DNA of 25,512 nucleotides from a virus (Duplodnaviria; Heunggongvirae; Uroviricota; Caudoviricetes): IMG/VR virus record IMGVR_UViG_2627853638_000001, positions 1 to 25,512 of that record; one strand, 5' to 3'. Shown piece by piece: positions 18,511 to 25,512 of this stretch (position 1 is its first letter; each line of letters starts with the position of its first letter). The notes under the pieces were generated by a model. It saw only the letters and a program-made list of their open reading frames with translations, ran no database searches and was not told where the DNA came from. The position numbers and the translations under genes were made by a program.

Positions 18511-18802
18511 TGGCTGTCTCCTGAAAAATCACCGCATGCCCCAGTTTCTCCGCCAGCGCCAGTTCTGCCTTAGCGCCTGCTGACCGCTGCCAGCCTTTCA
18601 GCATGTAAATCGCATCCACACAACGAATCATCGCCATGCAGATATCCATGTACTGCGGCTGTGTCAGCCCGTCCGGAAGTACTGCCGGGTTTAAGACGGT
18701 ATGCCCTTCCCGTTTCAGTTCCTCTTCCGCATTGTGAAACGCCTCACGGTTGAAATTTTTATACCCGGTCATTGGACCGGCGATATAGACTCTCACCCTC
18801 AC
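18497..18802 (-). CDS. DUF4406-like protein (nucleoside 2-deoxyribosyltransferase-like fold), about 100 aa
   Basis: N-terminus VYIAGPMTGYKNFNREAFHNAEEELKREGHTVLNPA is the signature I associate with DUF4406 prophage proteins. Start codon is uncertain (GTG candidates). Confidence 0.5.
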   Translation of the reverse strand: MRVRVYIAGPMTGYKNFNREAFHNAEEELKREGHTVLNPAVLPDGLTQPQYMDICMAMIRCVDAIYMLKGWQRSAGAKAELALAEKLGHAVIFQETASVQD

Positions 18803-19221
18803 GCCATCACCTCCTGAAAATTACCCTGATAAAACGACAATATGCGCTGCATAACTTCGCTCTTCCGGCACTCGCGACAGATTATGTTTAGGCGACTGTC
18901 GTAGCGACGTATTTCTCCGTCAGGTAATGACCAGATAAGGTCCGGATCAACCGCAGATGGTTTCTTCAGCTTTGCCCTTGAGAGCTTTTTACGGGCATTT
19001 TGCCAGTCCTTACGCGCCTGTTCAGACGGGAATAACCCGTAACCAGAGTTGTATACATCGCCACTGGCAACCAGCTCTCTGGCCAGAACGCTCATCAGAT
19101 ATCTTGTTGCCCCAGTTTTAGCTTCCAGTTGTCGTAACGTCTCGCGCCCACTCTGGCGTACGAGTTCAAGAACCTGCCCTTTAATTTTTTCCCGCTCTTC
19201 TTGTGTAAAAACTTTTGCCAC
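18799..19221 (-). CDS. Hypothetical prophage early protein, 140 aa
   Basis: GTG start with AGGAGG RBS; translationally coupled to the DUF4406 gene (overlapping stop and start). Confidence 0.4.
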   Translation of the reverse strand: MAKVFTQEEREKIKGQVLELVRQSGRETLRQLEAKTGATRYLMSVLARELVASGDVYNSGYGLFPSEQARKDWQNARKKLSRAKLKKPSAVDPDLIWSLPDGEIRRYDSRLNIICRECRKSEVMQRILSFYQGNFQEVMA

Positions 19222-19261
19222 AAGCCCTCCTGAAAATTACCTCATGACCAGAAATTAACAC

Positions 19262-20332
19262 TTACCCCCTGAAGCCCGGCGGAATTTCGTTATCCGGTTC
19301 AGAAATATGATTCACACAACGCTGGTTGTTCGTGCCGCTTACCGGGAGCAACCAGGGGTTCTCAAAATTCCGGTCCGGTCCAAAAAACGTCGTCGCTCGC
19401 TGAACAAATTCCGTTCCCGTTTTCCCGGTAGCCGCCAGGTATCTTGCGTAACGCCTCACGCCATCCAGCATGGCCTCTGGTGGCACCCCCTCGCGTAATC
19501 TGGCCTTCCAGGCACTGAAAGCGGATTTCTTCGGGTTTGCCCCGGCACGCAACGGGTACTCCCGCCAGACCTGTTCGAACACATCCGGATAATCCACTCG
19601 TCCCACAGACTGCCCGGTGTTTTCCGGGACTACCCGATCGGCTTCCCGCTGAATGGCGGAATCGGCTTCAGGCTGCTGCAGTTGGTGTGATTGCTCCGGA
19701 CTTGCGGTCATCGCCTGCTGCACAGCGCCCGAATCGGCTTTCAGCGCATACGCTGAATCGGCTTCCGGTGTCGTGCCTGCTGGCTGACCAGGATTGACGG
19801 TCTGAACATCCCCTGCCTGGTTCGTGGCGTTTTTTACGCCATGGACCATAGTGTTTTGATCTTCTTGATCTGTATCTTTATCTGTATCTTTATCTGTCGT
19901 GACTCGTCGTGACATGTGCGTGACATATCGTGACGCGCCGTGACAATCGCCATTTTGTTCCCGCTTTCTTTCCCTCTCTCGCTGCGCCCTCTTGCGCTCT
20001 GCAGGAGATTTTGCGGTTTGCGAAATATTGCCGTTGTCCTCTTTCAGCACCTGGCGTTTTTCCCATCCAGTGATTAAATCACCATCAAGTACCCGCCCCT
20101 GCATCGTCTGCAAAATTGAATCAATTACCTCTTCTGTCACGTCGAGCGCACTTGCCAAATCTTCTGTCGTGACATCAATGTGACCTCGCGTGACATTTCG
20201 TGACGCGCTCACCAGGAGGTGGATATACACTGCCATCACTGTTGCAATTGGCTGCCCTGACACCCTGGCAATTGTTCGCCACTTAGGGTCATTTGGCATG
20301 TCATGCCATAATCTGAGCCAGGCGTTAGCCAT
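19262..20332 (-). CDS. Putative replication initiator or replisome-organiser protein (YdaU/DUF1376-like) with embedded iterons
   Basis: Position after the ydaS/ydaT-like genes mirrors Rac ydaU. The N-terminus MANAWLRLWHDMPNDPKW... and two in-gene CGTGAC repeat clusters support an origin-carrying replication gene. Confidence 0.4.
   Translation of the reverse strand: MANAWLRLWHDMPNDPKWRTIARVSGQPIATVMAVYIHLLVSASRNVTRGHIDVTTEDLASALDVTEEVIDSILQTMQGRVLDGDLITGWEKRQVLKEDNGNISQTAKSPAERKRAQRERERKREQNGDCHGASRYVTHMSRRVTTDKDTDKDTDQEDQNTMVHGVKNATNQAGDVQTVNPGQPAGTTPEADSAYALKADSGAVQQAMTASPEQSHQLQQPEADSAIQREADRVVPENTGQSVGRVDYPDVFEQVWREYPLRAGANPKKSAFSAWKARLREGVPPEAMLDGVRRYARYLAATGKTGTEFVQRATTFFGPDRNFENPWLLPVSGTNNQRCVNHISEPDNEIPPGFRG
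19897..19944. repeat. Iteron-like cluster 1: five (C)GTGAC repeats at 10-11 bp spacing, preceded by a tandem ATCTGTATCTTT repeat (19869-19897)
   Basis: tcgtgac-tcg-tcgtgac-atgt-gcgtgac-ata-tcgtgac-gcg-ccgtgac; the repeats fall in different codon phases. Confidence 0.55.
20167..20204. repeat. Iteron-like cluster 2: four (C)GTGAC repeats at 10-11 bp spacing
   Basis: tcgtgac-atcaatgtgac-ctcgcgtgac-atttcgtgac. Confidence 0.5.
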
Positions 20333-20403
20333 ACTCACCTCTTTTGATACCGAATCTTTTTACTCACAAATTGCCGGAAGTGATCCGGTATGAATATTGC
20401 GAG

Positions 20404-20829
20404 TCAATGCACAGCCACAATATTTCCTGCAGGGCCACCACGATTCATCTGGTTGAAACCAGCGATCGCCACTGCGACAAAATCATCAGCGTCTCTCACC
20501 AGTCGTTCCCGCGTCTCCACTAGTTCCCGAAAATAGGCTGAGCTATGGCTGCGCATTCGGGCCACCAGCAGAGGTGGCATTGCTTTTTCGATAGCTGGTA
20601 ACAACGCCTGAATTTTTTTAAGCGCATCAGGGGTGTCTTTCTCCACCCAGCGGAAAATTTTCTGAGTATTGCGAGCCAGGGCTTCCGGATGGCTGTCGTC
20701 ATACAGTTCCGGGAACGTCATTCCCAGCTCGAAATACGCTTTGGTAATTTTCGCAGCCGGTACTTTTTCGCCGTCCGGATGCGCCCAGGCATTCATCGCC
20801 ATGCGGATGTGTTCATGCTTGATTTTCAT
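20404..20829 (-). CDS. YdaT-like protein (Rac prophage YdaT family; CII-like regulator or toxin), 141 aa
   Basis: Begins MKIKHEHI, as I recall for Rac YdaT; lies downstream of a small Cro/YdaS-like gene and opposite a repressor. Confidence 0.5.
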   Translation of the reverse strand: MKIKHEHIRMAMNAWAHPDGEKVPAAKITKAYFELGMTFPELYDDSHPEALARNTQKIFRWVEKDTPDALKKIQALLPAIEKAMPPLLVARMRSHSSAYFRELVETRERLVRDADDFVAVAIAGFNQMNRGGPAGNIVAVH

Positions 20830-21080
20830 GAATCAACTCCCATCAGCTTTTTCGTAGTAGTTTTATTCCTGCCAATAGTTAAAATTGCATCGGCAGAAAA
20901 TAATCCGTTTGATGCAAGAGCGATTTTTTCAGCGTAATTTGTTTCGCCGGTATATTCTGTGCGAGGCAATTTTCCGTTATCCATCCATTTATAGATTGCT
21001 CTTTGGCTGACACCACAAACGTCGGCCACAACAGCAACGCGAACAGTTTTGATTACATCTTCAAGTGTTTTCTGGTTCAT
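20826..21080 (-). CDS. Cro/YdaS-like small HTH regulator, 84 aa
   Basis: Start at MNQKTLEDV with RBS GAGGG. HTH-like segment VADVCGVSQRAIYKW. Divergent from the repressor gene. Confidence 0.5.
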   Translation of the reverse strand: MNQKTLEDVIKTVRVAVVADVCGVSQRAIYKWMDNGKLPRTEYTGETNYAEKIALASNGLFSADAILTIGRNKTTTKKLMGVDS

Positions 21081-21096
21081 ATCACCCTCACAATGT

Positions 21097-21135
21097 GAAC
21101 TTTGAGTACATGCTATAACAGAACTGACAGTACAT
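21097..21135. promoter_or_regulatory. Putative operator: two 15-bp direct repeats (GAACTttGAGTACAT and GAACTgaCAGTACAT) in the divergent promoter region
   Basis: 13 of 15 positions identical, 24 bp centre to centre, between the cro-like and repressor genes. Confidence 0.45.
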
Positions 21136-21159
21136 TCAAGAGCGAATATCATTGAACTT

Positions 21160-21579
21160 ATGGTTCATGAAGATAAAGCGCGTAAAGAGTTCGCCAGTAG
21201 GCTTGCGCTAGCCTGTGAAAACGCTGGTTATGAACAACATGGAAGGCAGGCAGAAATTGCCCGTCGAATGAAATTAACACCAAAAGCGGTTAGCAAATGG
21301 TTTAATGGCGAAACAATTCCTCGCCGGGAGAAATTAAGGGAATTAGCAACACTAATAGGAACAACACCAACCTATCTTTTGGGAGAGGATACAGAAGAAA
21401 GTGGACAGGTACGTTTCTATCAGGAGTTAAATCCAAGACAAAAAATCATCATTGACCTTCTGGACGAGCTCCCTGACAGTGAGACAGATGAACTTTTAAA
21501 AACTCTTGAAGAGAAAAAACAGAAGTACAATGCAATTTACGAAGAGTTAGCACGAAAGAAAAAACAAAAAGCCTCTTAA
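21160..21579 (+). CDS. DicA/RacR-like XRE-family repressor, 139 aa
   Basis: N-terminal HTH; the C-terminus LDELPDSETDELLKTLEEKK resembles the DicA C-terminal region as I recall it. Divergent from the cro-like gene. Confidence 0.6.
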   Translation: MVHEDKARKEFASRLALACENAGYEQHGRQAEIARRMKLTPKAVSKWFNGETIPRREKLRELATLIGTTPTYLLGEDTEESGQVRFYQELNPRQKIIIDLLDELPDSETDELLKTLEEKKQKYNAIYEELARKKKQKAS

Positions 21580-21910
21580 ACCAGCATAAATCCGGTAGCG
21601 CCTTCCTCCGGGTTTGTGCTTCACTTTATCCCATCTCATTTTTTTACACACAAAATGTACCATAAGCACTTTACAACAATGAACGCAAAGTACATTATAT
21701 ACCTGCCACCCACCCCGCCCCACAGAATGCAGGGCAATACTTCGAGTTACCAGGCAGTGGTCAGGGGTTAAGTAGCCAGCCCGAGGCGTAAGAACATGAC
21801 GGCAGGGTTCAACTTTAATAACTATGCAGCAGGTTTTTGTTCCGCTACCCCGGCGTTAAGGGGAAATGAGGTCAGCATGGATACTATCGATCTTGGGTAA
21901 TGACTCCAAC

Positions 21911-22414
21911 TTACTGATAGTGTTTTATGTTCAGATAATGCCCGATGACCTTGTCATGCAGCTCCACCGATTTTGAGAACGACAGTGACTTCCGTCCCAG
22001 CCTTGCCAGATGTTGTCTCAGATTCAGATTATGTCGCTCAATGCGCTGAGTGTAACGCTTGCTGATAACGTGCAGCTTTCCCTTCAGGCGTGATTCATAC
22101 AGCGGCCAGCCATCCGTCATCCATACCACGACCTCAAAGGCCGACAGCAGGCTCAGAAGACGCTCCAGTGTGGCCAGAGTGCGTTCACCGAAGACGTGCG
22201 CCACAACCGTCCTCCGTATCCTGTCATACGCGTAAAACAGCCAGCGCTGACGTGATTTAGCACCGACGTAGCCCCACTGTTCGTCCATTTCAGCGCAGAC
22301 AATCACATCACTGCCCGGTTGTATGCGCGAGGTTACCGACTGCGGCCTGAGTTTTTTAAGTGACGTAAAACCGTGTTGAGGCCAACGCCCATAATGCGTG
22401 CACTGGCGCGACAT
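21911..22414 (-). CDS. insB: IS1 insB reading frame (copy 2)
   Basis: Protein identical to copy 1 InsB. Confidence 0.85.
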   Translation of the reverse strand: MSRQCTHYGRWPQHGFTSLKKLRPQSVTSRIQPGSDVIVCAEMDEQWGYVGAKSRQRWLFYAYDRIRRTVVAHVFGERTLATLERLLSLLSAFEVVVWMTDGWPLYESRLKGKLHVISKRYTQRIERHNLNLRQHLARLGRKSLSFSKSVELHDKVIGHYLNIKHYQ

Positions 22415-22608
22415 CCGACGCCATTCATGGCCATATCAATGATTTTCTGGTGCGTACCGGGCTGAGAGGCGGTGTAAGTGAACTGTAGTTGCCATGTTTT
22501 ACGGCAATGAGAGCAGAGATAGCGCTGATGTCCGGCAGTGCTTTTGCCGTTACGCACCACGCCTTCAGTAGCGGAGCAGGAAGGACATCTGATGGAAATG
22601 GAAGCCAC
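22333..22608 (-). CDS. insA: IS1 InsA (copy 2)
   Basis: Protein identical to copy 1 InsA. Confidence 0.9.
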   Translation of the reverse strand: MASISIRCPSCSATEGVVRNGKSTAGHQRYLCSHCRKTWQLQFTYTASQPGTHQKIIDMAMNGVGCRASARIMGVGLNTVLRHLKNSGRSR

Positions 22609-22703
22609 GCAAGCACCTTAAAATCACCATCATACACTAAATCAGTAAGTTGGCAGCATTACCCTGCAACCGCTATGAAAAAGGCGGGAAAGATGGCATC
22701 ACA

Positions 22704-24860
22704 ATGACATTTATCGGCCCTTCCCCCTCTGTTCAGGACAAATCAGCCAGCACTGATAATACCAACATCAACGGCGAAGACATGACTGAGATTGAGGAGA
22801 GCATGCTTCTACCTGTCTCCGGTCAGGAACTGCCCATTCGTTGGCTTGCTCAACACGGCAGCGAAAAACCAGTAACGCACGTTTCACGCGACGAACTCCA
22901 GGCATTACACATTGCACGGGCTGAAGAACTACCGGCTGTTACTGCCCTGGCTATTTCGCATAAAACCAGTCTGCTCGACTCGCTGGAGATTCGCGACCTC
23001 CACAAACTGGTTCGTGACACTGACAAAGTTTTCCCTAATCCTGGTAATTCAGACCTGGGACTAATAACTGCTTTTTTCGAAGCATACTTGGACGCTGACT
23101 ACACTGTTCGGGGCCTGCTGACAAAAGAGTGGATGAAAGGAAATCGTGTTTCACGCATCACCCGCACGGCTTCCGGTGCTAATGCTGGTGGTGGGAACAA
23201 AACCGATCGCAATCCGAATTTAGTACACACCCTCGACACACTGGATGTGGAGATTGCAGCAGCCACACTTCCGATGGATTTTAATATTTATGAAATTCCG
23301 GGCAGCGTTTATCGTCGCGCAAAAGAAGTAGTCCTGAAAAAAGAAAGTCCGTTCAAAGAATGGTCCGCAGCACTTCGTGCACCCCCGGGTATTCTGGACT
23401 ATTCCCGCGCCGCTATTTTTGCACTTATCCGAAGCGCACACCCTGAATTTTATCACTACCCGGGACGCCTTCAGGGGTATATCAACGCCTATTTGACGGA
23501 AACTGATCACGAGAACCCCAGCAAGGAAACTCTCACAGCTACCCGGCATACGCCGGAAAAAGATATCCTGGAAGAAATTAACCGCGAGGTGGTTACTGAG
23601 CGTGAAACAGAAGAAGAAAAACCACAACCATCTGACGCAATGGCAGGTGAACAGGCAACAACTGAAACAATGGAACCGGATACAACTGAACATTGCCAGA
23701 ACGCGCAGTCGCTGGATGCTCAGTCGCAGGTGAGTTCCGCTAACCAAGTAAAAGTCACCGCTGACGAAGTAAACAAAATTATGCAGGCAGCCAATATCAG
23801 CCAGCCTGACGCCGATAAGTTACTTGCTGTATCGCGTGGTGAATTTGTTGAGGGGATTAGCGACCCTAATGATCCGAAATGGGTCAAGGGGATCCAGACT
23901 CGCGATTCTGTGAACCAGAACCAGCATGAATCGGAACGGAACGACCAAAAAGCGGAACAAAACAGCCCAAATGCGTTACAAAACGAGCCAGAAACGAAAC
24001 AATCCGAACCAGTAGCGCAACAGGAACCGGAAAAAGTCTGCACCGCCTGCGGTCAGAGCGGTGGCGGCAACTACCCTGATTGTGGCGCGGTGATGGACGA
24101 CGCAACATACCAGAAAACATTCGATGAAGAGAATCAGGTTGAAGTTCAGGAAAATGATCCGGAGGAAATGGAAGGCGCTGAACATCCACACAAGGAGAAT
24201 GCTGGCAGCGCTCAGGACCACGCCAGCGATAGTAAAACTGGCGAGACGGCAGATCCCTTAATTACGGTGAATGGTCATCACGAAATCACATCCACCAGCA
24301 GGACGTGTGACCATCTAATGATCGACCTTGAAACCATGGGAAAAAATCCTGATGCCCCGATCATCTCAATAGGTGCAATATTTTTCGATCCGCAAACCGG
24401 AGATATGGGACCCGAATTTAGTAAGACTATCGATCTGGAAACTGCTGGCGGAGTCATTGATCGGGACACCATTAAATGGTGGCTTAAGCAATCACGCGAA
24501 GCGCAATCTGCCATTATGACCGATGAAATCCCGTTAGATGATGCACTGTTACAATTGCGGGAATTTATCGACGAAAACTCCGGTGAATTTTTTGTTCAGG
24601 TCTGGGGAAATGGAGCCAACTTCGACAACACGATTTTGCGCCGTTCATACGAACGGCAGGGGATCCCCTGCCCGTGGCGTTACTACAACGATCGCGATGT
24701 ACGCACAATCGTTGAGCTGGGGAAAGCCATAGACTTCGATGCCAGAACGGCTATTCCATTCGAAGGTGAGCGCCATAATGCACTTGATGACGCTCGTTAC
24801 CAGGCAAAATACGTTTCAGCTATCTGGCAAAAACTGATCCCGAGTCAGGCTGATTTTTAA
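22704..24860 (+). CDS. RecE-like N-terminal and linker region fused to a C-terminal DnaQ-like (DEDDh) 3'-5' exonuclease domain; 5' end probably truncated by IS1
   Basis: C-terminal motifs MIDLETMG (Exo I), GNGANFD (Exo II) and HNALDDARY (Exo III). Acidic linker and [16 protein letters not shown] zinc-ribbon-like motif. The upstream part resembles the dispensable N-terminal region of Rac RecE as I recall it. The track ORF start lies inside IS1, so the true start is uncertain. Confidence 0.5.
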   Translation: MTFIGPSPSVQDKSASTDNTNINGEDMTEIEESMLLPVSGQELPIRWLAQHGSEKPVTHVSRDELQALHIARAEELPAVTALAISHKTSLLDSLEIRDLHKLVRDTDKVFPNPGNSDLGLITAFFEAYLDADYTVRGLLTKEWMKGNRVSRITRTASGANAGGGNKTDRNPNLVHTLDTLDVEIAAATLPMDFNIYEIPGSVYRRAKEVVLKKESPFKEWSAALRAPPGILDYSRAAIFALIRSAHPEFYHYPGRLQGYINAYLTETDHENPSKETLTATRHTPEKDILEEINREVVTERETEEEKPQPSDAMAGEQATTETMEPDTTEHCQNAQSLDAQSQVSSANQVKVTADEVNKIMQAANISQPDADKLLAVSRGEFVEGISDPNDPKWVKGIQTRDSVNQNQHESERNDQKAEQNSPNALQNEPETKQSEPVAQQEPEKVCTACGQSGGGNYPDCGAVMDDATYQKTFDEENQVEVQENDPEEMEGAEHPHKENAGSAQDHASDSKTGETADPLITVNGHHEITSTSRTCDHLMIDLETMGKNPDAPIISIGAIFFDPQTGDMGPEFSKTIDLETAGGVIDRDTIKWWLKQSREAQSAIMTDEIPLDDALLQLREFIDENSGEFFVQVWGNGANFDNTILRRSYERQGIPCPWRYYNDRDVRTIVELGKAIDFDARTAIPFEGERHNALDDARYQAKYVSAIWQKLIPSQADF

Positions 24861-24918
24861 TGTTCAACCCTAATTGCCGCTAACCGTATATAGTTAGCGG
24901 CGGTTATGAGATATAGCT

Positions 24919-25122
24919 ATGAGCAGCTTATTTTTAACCGAAGATGAATTGCTAATATTAACGGGCTGCAAATATGCAAGCCACCAGCGAAAATGGTTAA
25001 TGGAAAACGAGCTTCCGTTCTATACCAATCGTAGTGGCAAACCGATTGTCAGCCGGGATCTATTTACCTGCAATAAAACTTTACCACCACGCGAGGTAGA
25101 GCCGAATTTTGGTGCGATCTGA
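24919..25122 (+). CDS. Excisionase-like small protein (DUF4224-type), 67 aa
   Basis: Small gene immediately upstream of the integrase, with its stop overlapping the int start (TGATG). Confidence 0.5.
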   Translation: MSSLFLTEDELLILTGCKYASHQRKWLMENELPFYTNRSGKPIVSRDLFTCNKTLPPREVEPNFGAI

Positions 25123-25421
25123 TGGGAAGACGAAGGAAAAATCCTGAGCACGAAAAATTACCTCCAAATGTATACCCAAATAAATATAGTTATGTATGGA
25201 AACCAACATCCAGCGAATCTGTAACACTAACCGCCATCAAGGATGGTTTAGCTGCTTTATGGAAAAAGTATGAGGAAACTGTAAATAATCGCGATCGTGC
25301 AATGACATTCGGTCGCTTGTGGGAAAAATTCCTCGCCAGCGCCTATTACAGTGACCTCAGTCCAAGAACACAAAAAGATTATCTGCAACATCAAAAAAGT
25401 TGCTTGCCGTATTCGGTAAGG
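25122..25421 (+). pseudogene. int: Phage tyrosine integrase, N-terminal about 100 codons only; interrupted by IS629
   Basis: MGRRRKNPEHEKLPPNVY... is an integrase arm-binding N-terminus. The frame stops at the first base of the IS629 end at 25422. Confidence 0.7.
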
Positions 25422-25512
25422 TGAACCGCCCCGGGTTTCCTGGAGAGTGTTTTATCTGTGAACTCAGGCTGCCAGATCATCGTTTCCGATGGAAGCATAA
25501 TAAGCTTTTTCT
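25422..25512 (-). mobile_element. Terminal 91 bp (orfB-proximal end) of an IS629/IS1203-like element; the rest is off-window
   Basis: TGAACCGCCCCGGGTTTCCTGGAGAGTGTTTTATCTGTGAACTCAGGCTGCCAGATCATCG... is the reverse complement of the IS629 right end as I recall it. Confidence 0.75.

Larger units (their letters stand above)
21896..22663 (-). mobile_element. IS1 copy 2, 768 bp, inverted relative to copy 1, no target duplication
   Basis: Ends GGTAATGACTCCAACTTACTGAT ... ATCAGTAAGTTGGCAGCATTACC. Flanking 9-mers TCGATCTTG and CTGCAACCG differ. Encoded InsA and InsB are identical to copy 1. Confidence 0.9.

Noticed and set aside
19869-20204. Short direct repeats considered as a CRISPR-like array
   Set aside because: Repeat units are only 6-7 bp with about 4-bp spacers and lie inside a coding sequence; the pattern fits iterons, not CRISPR.
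21796-21895. Short open frame (about 33 codons, MTAGFNF...MDTIDLG) running into IS1 copy 2
   Set aside because: Too short, with a weak RBS; could be the 5' stub of a gene destroyed by IS1 but cannot be supported from sequence alone.
23220-24514. Minus-strand ORFs inside the RecE-like/exonuclease gene
   Set aside because: Antisense shadow ORFs with Cys/Phe-rich nonsense composition.

Overview
This window reads as an enterobacterial chromosome (E. coli/Shigella lineage; the ipaH gene with a MxiE box plus IS600, IS1 and IS629 point to Shigella or EIEC, by inference). Positions 87-5395 are a conserved core block: a yehQ-like fragment, yehR, yehS, btsR (yehT), btsS (yehU) and the first 22 codons of mlrA. 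At about 5394 mlrA is interrupted by a degraded, mosaic lambdoid prophage that fills the rest of the window. From the junction it carries an SOS-regulated dinI-like gene, a lambda Tfa C-terminal remnant, an AT-rich class I SAM-methyltransferase moron of unknown function, an IpaH-family E3 ligase effector preceded by a perfect MxiE box, lambda-like and P2-like tail-fibre modules, IS600, a Qin-like segment with an orphan hokD toxin, a Rac-like immunity and replication module bracketed by two inverted IS1 copies, a RecE-like protein with a DnaQ-type exonuclease domain, and an xis/int pair cut by IS629. The contig starts with a sequencing-adapter remnant and both ends run into IS629. I found no CRISPR array, tRNA or rRNA. 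The most interesting candidates for something undescribed are the methyltransferase moron beside ipaH, the three-gene operon at 18055-19221, and the RecE-like/DnaQ-exonuclease protein; none of these can be confirmed without database searches. All protein-family calls are from memory and motif reading, not from a search.
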